From Klebsormidium nitens (lineage: Eukaryota; Plantae; Klebsormidiophyceae): a stretch of DNA of 52,859 nucleotides. The notes beneath the pieces are model-generated. The model was not told the DNA's origin. It saw only the letters and a program-made list of their open reading frames with translations, and searched no databases. Positions 26,101-38,100 of the stretch are shown piece by piece; the first letter of the stretch is position 1; each line of letters begins with the position of its first letter. Location of the stretch: positions 1 to 52,859 of the forward strand of contig DF237551.1 in NCBI GenBank assembly GCA_000708835.1, in the 5' to 3' direction. The translations under genes were made by a program, and so were the position numbers.

Positions 26101-29100
26101 CAGCCCTAGAATATGGGGCCACTGTAATAAGTATTCCCCCTCTCAATGTGTCACAAGGTGTTTGTCAACAACTTGTCTGAGCAACTTTTCTTGGCCACCC
26201 ACCTGCAATCAGTGGTGAAACAAGCCCCGATCAATCCTGAGTAAAGAGAACCCGTTCTTTGCAGCAATTATACACGGCGCTCGTTGACTGCGACAACCTG
26301 CCCGCCGTCATCCAGTCCCTGGGCTGCATCGCCCAGCATCGGGTAGAGCTCTTCGAAAAGCGGGAGGATGACATCATTCGGTTCGTCATCCGGAACCTGA
26401 TGAAGAGGCCTAGCGTGAGTACCTCTATTACTCAGCGCGCTGGCGGTGCAAACCAGTGCAGTCGTTCTCTACCACTGTGGTTCCGTCTTCTATCATAGCC
26501 ATCGAAAATATAGATTTAAGACACAAATCAAGCCGGACGGGAAACATCGGGGTTTCGGACAGTGGAACGGCGAAAGGAGTAACAGATTTCCAGCGCCTTT
26601 GAAGCGTTCGGTTGGCGGCCTGGCGTCTTTGGCTCTCTTTTCTGCACGTGGGAGCGAGGATCCTGAAGTGACACATTCCATAAAACCCTCGAGCAGGGCA
26701 AGAGGTCCTCTTTGCAGATCACCTTCTACTTCGAAAGTTCATTAAATAGGCGTTCAGGCTTTCGTGCAAAGAATGATGCATTTTTGCGTGGCTTTTGTAA
26801 GGCCCAGATTGTGGTATGTTGGATCAAGTCGTACTTGAGCAGAGCACCCTAATCTGAACTGCGGCGGTGCGCAACGTATTTGAATTCTGCATTTGAAACC
26901 CTTCATGTCTTTCAAACTTGCCTGCAGGACGTCGAGGACGACCAAGAGTGGGACGCGCCCAGTTTGGCTTGCTTGCTACAGGTCAGAATAACTTTTTCCC
27001 CGGTCGTTGAATTCGATTTTTGTTCTTGATCTTGCTGGCCTCTCGCGGATGTACCCTTCTTCTTTTTGAACTCAAGTTGACGTCCTAAAGGCGACCCGGT
27101 CATTTGTACCGCACCTCCCCCGAGCAGCGTGGATCCACGTTTGCGCTTTAAGTGCTTCGCCTCCGCTTGTCGCCTGAGTTTGGATGCTCTTGCCTGGTCC
27201 GTCTTTTTGCCGAGGTGCACCTTGATCAGTGCTCACTTGCACTAGGACATGTAATGTGCAGGCGTCAACACGTCATCAAAGATTGCAAATATTGAGGTCT
27301 TACAGATTACGAAGCTTGTTGTAACCGATTGCAAGACCTCTCATAGCTACGGATTGAAGCGTTAGCGCGACATTTTTGATGTTTCTAAGGAAAGTCTTGG
27401 GCAAGAACGGCATGCAAAAGAGGACTAACACACAATCTCCCCGTCTGCCAGACGTACAGCCTGAAGATGCTGGTCAAGAGCTTCTTGCAACCAGACTCCA
27501 CCGGTGGCGCACGGACTACGAAACTGAAGGGGCTTCTAAACCTCCTGTCGAAGCTGATCTCAGGGAACGGCCAGCTGACACCTGGCATCGAGTTCACGTA
27601 AGAGGAATTTGACATTTCCGCTCAATTCATCGGGTTTTTATGTCCTACATCGAGTTGTCAGCAGACTTCAGCGGGACTGTTAACCTGCCTGCCAGCCTCA
27701 ATGAGCATTACCCATGCCCGCCTCCTGTGTCGTCTTCTATTGCCCTCGAAAAGCTATTCTCCTTGCTGCTTTCGAAGCAAACCGTGTACATTCCTGCGGC
27801 ACTAGTGTGATGTCTCGCAAGGAGCATCGGCCGCTTTTGTCGCTATTAATACTCCCATCTCATAAGCAAAGGCTCAACGCCTTATAAGCGGTGGTCATTG
27901 AACCTCGTATCATCTCAACAGCTGTCCTTTTCTTTTCCAGCGAGGTCGACAAAGCCCACGTCCGGCTGGCGGCGGCAAAGGGGATCGTCAGGATCTCACG
28001 CTACCATCATCTGCAAGTGGTACCGGACCTGACAGAGAAGACGAGCCTGGTCGTTCAGGTATGCACCGTTCCCAACGTCGAGAAGTTGCTATATGTACTG
28101 ATTCTAGAATGGATTCTGGCGCTTTGCGTCACAGTGTCAAAGCCTGACTTAGATCTGCAGACGACGGATCTGTGAGCGGTCTGCCTTTGCTGGTTTCACT
28201 AACACGATCACAGATAATCTGGAGTGATGCTCGAGGCTAGGCGACATGCGGTCAAGATTGTGAGGCGAGCAAGTGAAGCGAGTTTCTGGTTGCGAATCTC
28301 AGCTGCCTTACATCGAGAAATCTACTACAGTCTTCTTTCAAACTCTTACCCGCCACCGCACTGCGGCATCAAGTTGCGCTTTCCAGCGTCTGCTGCCTTT
28401 CAAGCCGTCGGATCATGCAACGTGTTATTGGATAGATTTTCAAATTCACCGGCATAAAGTTCGACGCAGCACAAAGTAGCAGTCCCGCACTGCTCCATTC
28501 TCATGTTGGGCCGCTCTGTTCCAGGACCACGCCGTTGAGGTTCGGCGAGACTTTCTGGACAAGGTGCACCGAAGGCTGGTGGAGAAGAAGTTGCTCACCA
28601 AGTGGGCGGTCGTGCTGTCCCTGGCGACGGTGGACGACGATCGGGAGGTGGCGAGCAACGTAAGCAGTTCTCCCCTTTGAATGCATAAAGAGAAGCATGG
28701 CAACATCTCTTGATTGCGCCTATCCAATTGCTTGAGACAGGTATCTTTTTCCTCACAGGCTCGTCGATACCTGGGCGAGTACGTCGAGCTCAAAGCGAAC
28801 GACCCCCTAGCTTTCTGTTGCTGCACCTGCAGCTGACGTCATCAAGTGCTTCGTTCTTAAGCTGCTGCTGACGTCATACAACTGTTTCATACTTTCCTCT
28901 CAGGCCCGTCGATACCTGGGTGAGATCGTCAGGCTCAAGCGGCGCAAGGGCCAGGCTAAGCAGGCGGCTGGGACGGGTCTCGGTTTAGCACGTTGAGCCC
29001 GAATCGAAGTACTCCCGTAGCTTTCCTTCGATTCACTGAGGTGCTGCTGACGACATCGAATGCTTCCTTTTTCCTCTCAGGCCCGTCGTTACCTCGGGGA

Positions 29101-32100
29101 GTTTGTGGAACGCAGAGCGAACGCCTTTCTCTCGGTTGTCTGTCAATGAAGCTGCTGCTGCTGACGCCATTTTTCGTTTCTTGCTGACGTCATCCACTGC
29201 TTCCCTCTCAGGCCCGTCGATACCTGGGCGAGTTCGTGGAGGTCAAGCGGCGCGAGGGCCACGCAAAGCTGGCGGCCGCCGACGAGTCTCGGTTCAATCC
29301 GTCATGCTCGGAATAAGGCCTTCGTTCCAACTCCGTCACCAAACGGCTGCTGACGTCAGCAATTGTTCTGTCCTTTCCCATCAGGCCCGTCGGATTGTGG
29401 AGCTCAAGCAGCGCGAGGGCCACGCAAAGCAGGCGGGCGCGGCCAGGTCTTAGTTCCAGCTCGTCGTGCCCGAAGCGACCGCACTACCAAAGTTTCCTTC
29501 TACTAGCGCCACTGCTGACGTCATTCACTGTTTCCNNNNNNNNNNNNNNNNNNNNGGCGGCTGCGGACAGGGAGCAGCCCGCGAACCTGCTGGCGTTCCA
29601 CCCGGAGCCGCTGCTCATGTACCTGCTGCACCTGCTCGCGCATCACCCGGACTTCCCGGCCGAGGAGGACGCGGGAGACGCGAGCGCGTACGAGATTTTC
29701 CAAAAGTGAGTGCGAAGAAGATCCATAAGGTCTTTCTACGCTTGCTAAAGTGGCGGACTGCCAAACAATATTTGAGGCTTCAGTAGTCTCTCGAGCACTA
29801 CCCGGACTTCCCGGCCGAGGAGGACGCGGGGGACGCGAACGCGCATAAGATCTTCCAAAAGTGAGCCGTAGGGAGAAGCCGTTGGTTCGCTTTCATTTTG
29901 CTGACGTGGCGAACTTTGCTGATGTGGCAAGTTGGCGATGATAGTTAAGGGCTTCAGTAATATGTCGAGCACCATCCGGACTTCCCGGCCGAGGAGGACG
30001 CGGGGGACGCGAGCGCGTACCAGATCTTGCAAAATGAGTGAAGGATGGAACTTGTTGATGGAGATATTGTGCCACGTCTTTCATGACTTGGCGATGGTCA
30101 TGGATACGAGTAGAAGTTATAGCGTCGTGACGAAGCGCTTCTTTGGTCTTGGTGTGAGGTGATATACTCTTTGCAATTCTATTTCCCAATGCTGTTGTGC
30201 TTCAAAGCTGGCACCAAAGGCTCCAGAGGCACTAGCTGCTTCGGAGGGAGCTCTTCACTTCGATCCACGGAAAGGTCAGCAAATCGCAAACACACCGTAT
30301 CGCTTAACCCTGCCAGCATTTAGGGATTATTGGAGACTCTCTTGACGGTAAAGTCCACCTGTGAAGGCTTCAGTCTTTGATAACGAGCTTGCCGGCTACT
30401 TTTTGATACAACATCAAGGCAGCCAGCTTCGTCGGGCTGTCTGAATCTGCTCAAACGGCCTGATGCATATACTGAAGCACTCGCCGGGTTATTTACATCT
30501 ACAAAAGTGGCCCGAAGCCAAAGTCTTCTGAAGGATGGCTGTCGGATCCTCACAAGCATTCTGGCATGTATCTGGAGCAACTTCCCAGTTAGATATAGTG
30601 CACTGCACGCATTTCTGATGTTGCTGACTCTCTGAAAGAAGCTTTCATTTCCAAGCACTAAGCAGTTTGTTTTTCGCAGGATCCTGGTATTCACGCTGAA
30701 GGCGCTGACGCACTCGGACGCGGAGTCGCGGTCGGAGGCGAGCAAGGAGGAGAACGACAACCTGCCGGCGCTGTTTGCGATCCTGCGTCACATCAAGGCC
30801 GCACAGGACGCAGTGGAACCCGACATGAGCGAGGTGAGCTTCTTTCTGGAAATTCTGTGCCTTCATGCGACACAGGACTTTCGATTCGGCATTGAATTGA
30901 ACACGTGTTCAAGTTTCAGTTCATCATGTTCCTCTTTATGACTATTGTTTTGTACTTTTAAGGGTGCGGCACACACAAGGCAACATCTCTTTATCTATGC
31001 TGGGTTGGCTACCAGAACCACACCAACCTTTAAATTACATTTTTTTTTTACACAGTCCTTTTTGCGTACTAGGGGAAGATCAACTTTCGATGCTTGAGGT
31101 CTCTACGGTCACCGTGTTCAGCCCCTTCAGCAATGTTTTGAGACGAACCTCCGTTTTGCCAATCAATGGCAAGACCTTGTCCGACTGATGGGGCTGCTTC
31201 CAAAAGCGCACACATGCGGATGACGCTGATTTGAAAACACGACCTGACGGAAATGTCAATGTAACTCTCGTCATCGGAACTGTCAAAAGTAGGGGCACCG
31301 TGGCGATGTTGTGGCCATGAAGCTTTCGAAGTGCTGGGATCCGTTTGTCTCACTTGCCCCCGTATGTTTGGATGCCACTTGAGTTGGTCTTTTGCGAGCT
31401 TGTTACTGCGTGTCAGATGGAGCCGCCAAATGCTAAGAGGTCTTTTAGATCTCCGGTTCCGAGCCGTCGTTTTTCCAGGTTGCAGTCTTCTCAAGTTGCT
31501 TGCGGCAAGGATACGGCAATACCTGAGACCCGACGCTCAAATTCTGAAGCGTGTTTTTTGACGCCGCCACTTTCTCCCTCTGCTCTTCCTTGTTTCTGAC
31601 ATCTGCTTTTCGTCTTCCGGCTACAACGCAGCTTTTTGAACGTTCCGTTGCAAGCGCTAGGGTTTCCTTGAGCTTGTCCTCCCTGTCAGATGTAAGGAAG
31701 CTGAGAATGCCAAGGACGACTGAACTGTGGGGATGGTACCCAGCGATGTTCTGTTTGAGGGATGGCATATTCCCAATATAAGCCTCGGTCTAGTCGGCAC
31801 CTTGCTCTTGCCCACTCGCCAGCGGAAGCCTTGATTTCTTATGAGTATTCACTGCAAAGCCGATGATGAGAATCATTTTCACAAGACCCGAAGCTTTCGA
31901 GCTGTGGGGAATCTTTTCTACTCAAACCCCTGAGGCAGTGGCAGTGAAAAGAAGGGAGAGTCTTCATATGTTTGTCATTGGTCGACCAAGGCTTTGCGGA
32001 TTAGAGTGGCTTCGTTTTCTTGTTCAACCTTAAAAGGTGCGTTGCCGTTGTGTTAGGATGACAATGAAGAGAGCAGCTGGCAAGATGTCATTAGCTGTCT

Positions 32101-35100
32101 CCGCTCCTCGCCACGATGTCATCCGTGATTGAACTAAATCGCCCACTCACAAATGTGCCCGTTTTTCTTTCCATGAAAGACTCGTTGCACACACTCTGCA
32201 CAGGATAACGCTCTACAGGATAACGCTCTAATGACCACTTGCTTCAAGGGTTGAGCCAAGGCACCAGGTCTTCCTGACGCAACGCTCTAATTTGGTTCTC
32301 ACTTTGTCTGCGTTCAGAGCTCTGCTGAGTCTCGAATTTAGAACGTTTGTTTGTGGTGCTAGCCGCAAAGTTTGATCGGGTGAATCGTAACCACGGCACC
32401 TTTCCTTGCGGAACCGCTCCAAGTCCTGCTTCTTCCGCAAAGCATTCCGCATAAGGTCTGCAACTTTCAAGTTCTCAGATGACGGGGATTTGCTCATAGC
32501 TTAGATGTCTCACTGATGCTACGCTTGAATGAAGGCAGGCGACCGAAGACTCTGCCTCAGGAACCCTGTGCCGTTGTTTCGCACTGGACGAAGTTTCTCT
32601 GTCCATAGCTAGATCTTTCTGCACTCCGTTCAGCAACTTTGGCTGCTTGATTCTAAACTTGGGCCTACGATCCCCCTAGGATTCGCTTGCGCTGGCCCGT
32701 GCTCGCCCCTCCTGCTGCAGCGACGTGGTGGCAATGAAAGTATCCACAGAGCGCTTGGGAATGAAACGTCCCACGCTCACATCTGACGACGCCACCCCAC
32801 CTTTGTTGACGATTCTGCCGCCTTTCGATGTTTCGTAGTACCTCACTCGGGGGCCAGAAATCAGCGGTGCCGTTTTGGAGTCCCCATCAAGAAGGATCCG
32901 AAAAGGCCATCTGTCGAGCTCGGGGTTTTGACGACAAATCGTCTTTGCGGGGTTTTGCTCCTGTTCGCCAACGAGCGTGGGTTTAATCTTTTCTTCATCG
33001 TTATTTTCGCGTCTAACTGCTTTACGTGGTTTTCAGCGATCTGGCCACTTCGGTCTTCCCGGTGATGGAACATTGCATTTCAAACGGCTCTTGCACTTCG
33101 TTTCTGCTTTGTCATGAGCGGTAGAGTTTGGCCTTTCTGGTTTTGTTCACCGCACGCAGGTCATGCTTGTCCGCTTAAAGAAGATGGCGGCAATGCCAAC
33201 AACAGCAGCTGACAAAGTTGTCAAGCCGTGACCGGCACTTGTCCTGATGCCACCTCTTGCTCAAGCTCGTTCTTTCTTCTCAATTGCATTGGATCATGCA
33301 ATTTGCGAGGATCAAGATCAGTGCTGCGTCATTCTGGCTGGAAGGGGAACGACGACGTGGTCCGGACACCCCACGTCGTACATTGACTCCGCTTCTTTGC
33401 GGGAGGCTGGATGTGCTGACGGACCTTCGCTGGCGATTTGGACAGACTTTTCACGGATTTGGCCACACACATTCCCGGGCGAAACGAGTATCATACCCGG
33501 CAATTCCTGTGTGCCATAATAATTGTGTGCCCTAGATTCGTAGACCCCGTGCAAACAAACTGAAAATCCAGCCTTAATCATAAAGCGCGCCATATTCCAC
33601 CCTAACCACCGGGCCAACCCCACCCTTCCCCCGGGCGCCTGTTTCAACGCACACTGCGTGAGGGCACATTATGTTTACCACAGTATCATCAGAGCCACAT
33701 GCGTATGAAGGCATGACCGAATTGGAACATTTTTGGTGGTTGCTTGCAGAGGCTGTACGTGCTGGCCGACCTGTCATTGGCGATCCTGAAGGAGCTGACG
33801 AGCAAGAAGCTGTGGAACAGCGGGGCGTATCCCGGGAAGGTCATCCTGCCGACCGCCTACTACAAGCTTCCGGAAAGCGAGGCCGGGACTTCGGAGAACG
33901 AGGTCGTCAAAACAAAGGTGAATCTAAGAACTCCCTTTTTGAACAGCTATTACAATCTGGGTGCCTGTTTGAAAATTCCGTTTTATGAGGAGTACCCGCG
34001 AATAAGCGAGTACTGCGGGGGACAAAGTTTCTAATGTTGAGTGACCTCGTGAAACGCTTTGGACCCTTTTCTAAGTGTTCGGAGTTGGTTGTCTTTTGGC
34101 AACAGACCAACATAGCCGCTAAAAACAATCGCCCGACGCTGTTTGTAATACATCTGAAGTCTGCGAGTGCCGATTGGACGCCGTCAAGGACCCGTCTTTC
34201 CATCAATCCTTGTAGCAGATTGGGCAAATGTTGACAGGGACCCTCCTTTTGGGTTACTCCGTACTATCAGCACAAGGCAAACGTCCTTGGAAATCAGCAC
34301 GAACAGGTTCTGACCGTTTTATGTTAATGCAGGCGGATGGCAGTCACTTGCCAACGTGCCTACAAAACGTCGAGCTGACGAAAGTGGCCAAGACGCCCCG
34401 GGCACACAAGGCGGCGAACGGAGGGCTGGGGAGCCCCACAGCGAAGGTGACAAGCCTTCCTCTTGTTCTTGTTTTCTGCCGCGCCAGCTTTACCGGGCTT
34501 GAGAGCATCCGTTATCCAGCAGAGCAATACTGATTTCCTGCCGGCCTCATGTAAGGAGTTGGTTCTGATTTGTTGTTTTTGTAACACCAGAACTTCCCGG
34601 CATCAGAAGATAGTAACAGCATATCGTGGGGACAAAAGACTGAGGTGATCTGTTTTGCCGCGTGCAGGTCGGCAGCGCTTCCAAGGGAGAGGGCGGCGCA
34701 CTCGCGCTCACCGGGCGGAAGCGCAAGGCGAGCCAGAAGAAGCTGGCGCAAGCGAGCGAAGACGAGGAAGAGAGCGAGGAGGTGCGGCGTCTTGTTTCAA
34801 CATTCTGTCGTTGTAGTTTGTGAAACAACGCCAATCTCTAGCTTTCGGGACGTCTGCAGGTTTTACGGTGTGTTTTAGAAGATGTCGTGAGTTCCAGAAA
34901 TAGGGTCTGTCTAGCTCGCGGCAATGTTTGGAAGATGTCTTGCCTCGTTGTCCTGAGGCAAAGCTGCAGTTCACTGGCACGCCCGCTGTGTTTGCTCAAT
35001 TCAAGCAGGATTCTGCTTGAAGCTCGCTTTCTGCGAGTCGGACTTTTCTTTCCAGAGCACAGCTAACGTCAATGTGGCAACGATTGACTCTCCCGTTCGA

Positions 35101-38100
35101 GGTCAGTTCAGCCGTTTGCTGATGCAGAGGATAAGAGGGTGAGACTTTGAGGCGTTTTGGAACGCTTGTGAGACTGTTTCTCGCTGGAATCTTGCAGGAC
35201 GAAGAGCCTCCTAATCCAAAGACGCCCAAAACAATGGGGAAGGCCAAAGCTGGAGCATTGACGATTCCGAAAGCAACGCCGAAGCCCCTTGCCGTGGCGG
35301 TAAGTGACGCATCTGCAGCACCAACGAGCACAGTAATGTTTGACCCCTTGGCTTCACTCGCTCAATCTGAACCGCAGCTATTCTGCAAAGAGTGGACATT
35401 AAAGAACATTCCTCTGTTTGTGGTCAAATTAGATGCATTGAGGATGCGAGGAGGTTTGTCATGAGCGGAAATGTTGATCGACATAACAACGTTGAACTTT
35501 CAACGTTGAAAGGTGAAGCGCTTTTCTCATCCCAGACACACTTTCTATCAGGAACTTTTGTACTCCTGTGTCCCCAAACCTGCATACCTTTGCCACTGCT
35601 GAACCGGCTTTATCCTGTGAAAGCAGAGCCCCGCTTGGCGAGACGAGGAAGTGAACGGGGCAGATTCGCAGGCCGTGGGGAAGAGGATTCGCGTGTGGTG
35701 GCCGGAGGACAAGTGGTAAGCGTTACTTTTTAGAAAATCGCGACTCATCTGAGGTTGCAAAGTTGTCAATCTGAATTCTGACGAATAGACTGGAGCTGAT
35801 GCACGACTCGGGTTAGTGTATCTGTTTTCCGATCCCAAGCAATGCACAATTCTTTCGCTGTGAAACGTACCGGATGCTTGTTTCATCAAATTGATGGTTT
35901 GCTACATATGTCTTGTCTTACTTTGTGCAGCTATTACCTGGGTGACGTCACGAGCTTCAATCCGAAGAAGGGCAGCCACAGGGTGAGCGTTTGTGCTGTT
36001 CTCAAGCCAGTTCTGGCCACATCTTCAGCTTCGTTATCGCCTCGGGTTCGTTGTTTGACGTCCTTCATAAGAACGCTTTTGTTGCTCACACCTTCTTGAG
36101 ATTTGATGCCACGACACCAGTTGTTGACCGAGCGCATCGATGCTTTTCCTGTCATTTAGGCTTCCTGGTATATGGTTCCGTCAAGTTTCTTCAATTGTAA
36201 TCTCTCGACCCGCAGGTCTTCGCACTCCCAATCAGCTGTGGGCGCTCGATCACTACGATCCTTTTCAACAATATCTAGACTTTGTCGGCGGCCGCCATGA
36301 TCCCAGATTGCGTCGCATTTGTGAAACATATCTACTCCCTGTTGATAACTCCGAACTGGCCATTGTAATTGTCTGTCTTTTCTTTGCGTTTGACTAGATT
36401 TGGTAAGTCGCGGCAACAGCGAGGAGCTGGTGTTCCCGAGCGCATCGATGCGTCCATATCTATCTACTCTTCCTGCCTTGCGTTTCATTAGCAATTTCTT
36501 ACCTGTGGTTTCCAGTACCCGCGAGTATCTGCACTCCCAGTCAGATGTCGCCGCAGAATCAAACCTTTCCCCTGATTTGCTGTTCGAACCTTGTACGACG
36601 GCGGCGACAATGAGGAGCTGAGCCTAGGAATCATAGGTCACCTCATTATCACATCTTTTCCCTTCCTTGGCTATCTAGATTCTGTACGACGACGGCAACT
36701 GCGAGGAGCTGAACCTGGCGCAGCATCTGTGCAAAAGTCGTTCTTTTTGACTATAACTGCACCATTCCCAAATATGATTGTCTTCTTGTCTCCACTCGCG
36801 TTTATCAAGATTCTGTACGACGACGGCGACCGCGAGGAGCTGAACGTGGCGCAGCATCTCTGAAAGGGTCGTTCATTCTGACTATATTTCCCTTATTCCC
36901 AGTAATATTGTCTTCTTATCTCCTCTTGCGTTTATCCAGATCCTGTACGACGACGGCGACCGCGAGGAGCTTGAATGTGGCGCAGCATTTGTCAGCACTT
37001 TTTCTTTCTGCTTATAACTCCATGATCCTTCATATTGATCGTGTTCTATTCCCTCTTGCGTTTATCTAGATTCTGTATGACGACGGCGTCCGCGGGGAGC
37101 TGAACCTGGCGCAGCAGCGGTGCAAAAGTTGTTCGTTCTGACTCTGACTGCATCATTCCCAAATATGATTGTCTTCTTATCTCCTCTCGCGTTTATCTAG
37201 ATTCTATACGACGACGGCGACCGCGAGGAGCTGAACCTGGCGCAGCAGCGGTGGGACTTTGTGGACGATTCCGGGAACCTGCGCGACTCCGAGGAGGACC
37301 GCGCGCGCAAGTTGGGCGTGCGCGCGCTCACGGCGCCCGCCACCCCGAGCCGGCGCGGCCGCAAGTCGCCCGGGAAGAAGCGCCCCGCGAAGAAGACCCC
37401 GAAAGCCGACGCAAAGGCGGAGGAACTAGAGGAGGGGGGAAATGAGGAGACGGGAGAAGAGCCGGCGAAGAACAAGGAAGAGCCGAAGAAGAAAGCTGCG
37501 CGCGGGAAAAAGGGGAAGGCTGAGACGGAGGTCGAAGCGGCGGAGGTGGGGGCGAGTCCGGAGAAGAAGAAGAGAGGGAAGCAAAAGGAAGAGGAGGATG
37601 CGGAGGTGAAAGAAGATGAGACGATAGAGGAAGCCCCCGAGGCCGAAGAGGAGGAAGAAGAGACGCCGAAAGCGAAGCGAGGGAAGGGCCGGAAGCGGGC
37701 GGGCGCAAGTCCCCGGGCGAAAGGCGGCAGGAGTCGCAAGAAGGCCGACGCGCCGGCGGTGTCAAGTGAGGTCGCCGTTACCCCCCCGGAGGAGGCGGCG
37801 CCGGAGGGGGAGCCCTCTGGGGGGGTGGCTGTGCCTGAGAAGAAGGGGGGGCGCGTGGGAAAGGCGGCGAGTCCCAAGGGGAGGAAGCCCGCGCGGGGGG
37901 GGAAGAGGCAGAGCGCAAAAGAGGCAAAGGCGGTGAAGCAAGTGAAGGCCGCGATCACGGAGAAGGATGAGGAAGAGGCGGAGGAGAAACTAGAGGTGGA
38001 GGAAGTGGGGGACGAGCGGGAGGCGAAGCGGAGGTGAGAGGGTGCTCCATTCTCTGCTTTTTCAGGTTATGGCATTCTCGGTTTTTGGTATTATTGTTTT

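Noticed and set aside
28213-28270. Possible very old copy of the exon-19 start (LEARRHAVKIVRR vs VEVRRDFLDKVHRR)
   Set aside because: Similarity too weak to call without an alignment statistic.
32201-32230. 15-bp tandem duplication CAGGATAACGCTCTA
   Set aside because: Ordinary slippage event, not linked to any supported exon.
31069-33100. Several K/R/E-rich minus-strand ORFs in the 2.9-kb PDS5 intron 21 (nested gene or decayed TE?)
   Set aside because: Short, frame-broken and without a convincing motif; expected from the complement of a T/C-rich intron. A tBLASTx search would be needed to revive it.
36270-37260. CRISPR-like repeat/spacer appearance
   Set aside because: The 'spacers' are homologous to each other, the 'repeat' is the start of a eukaryotic exon, and there are no cas genes.
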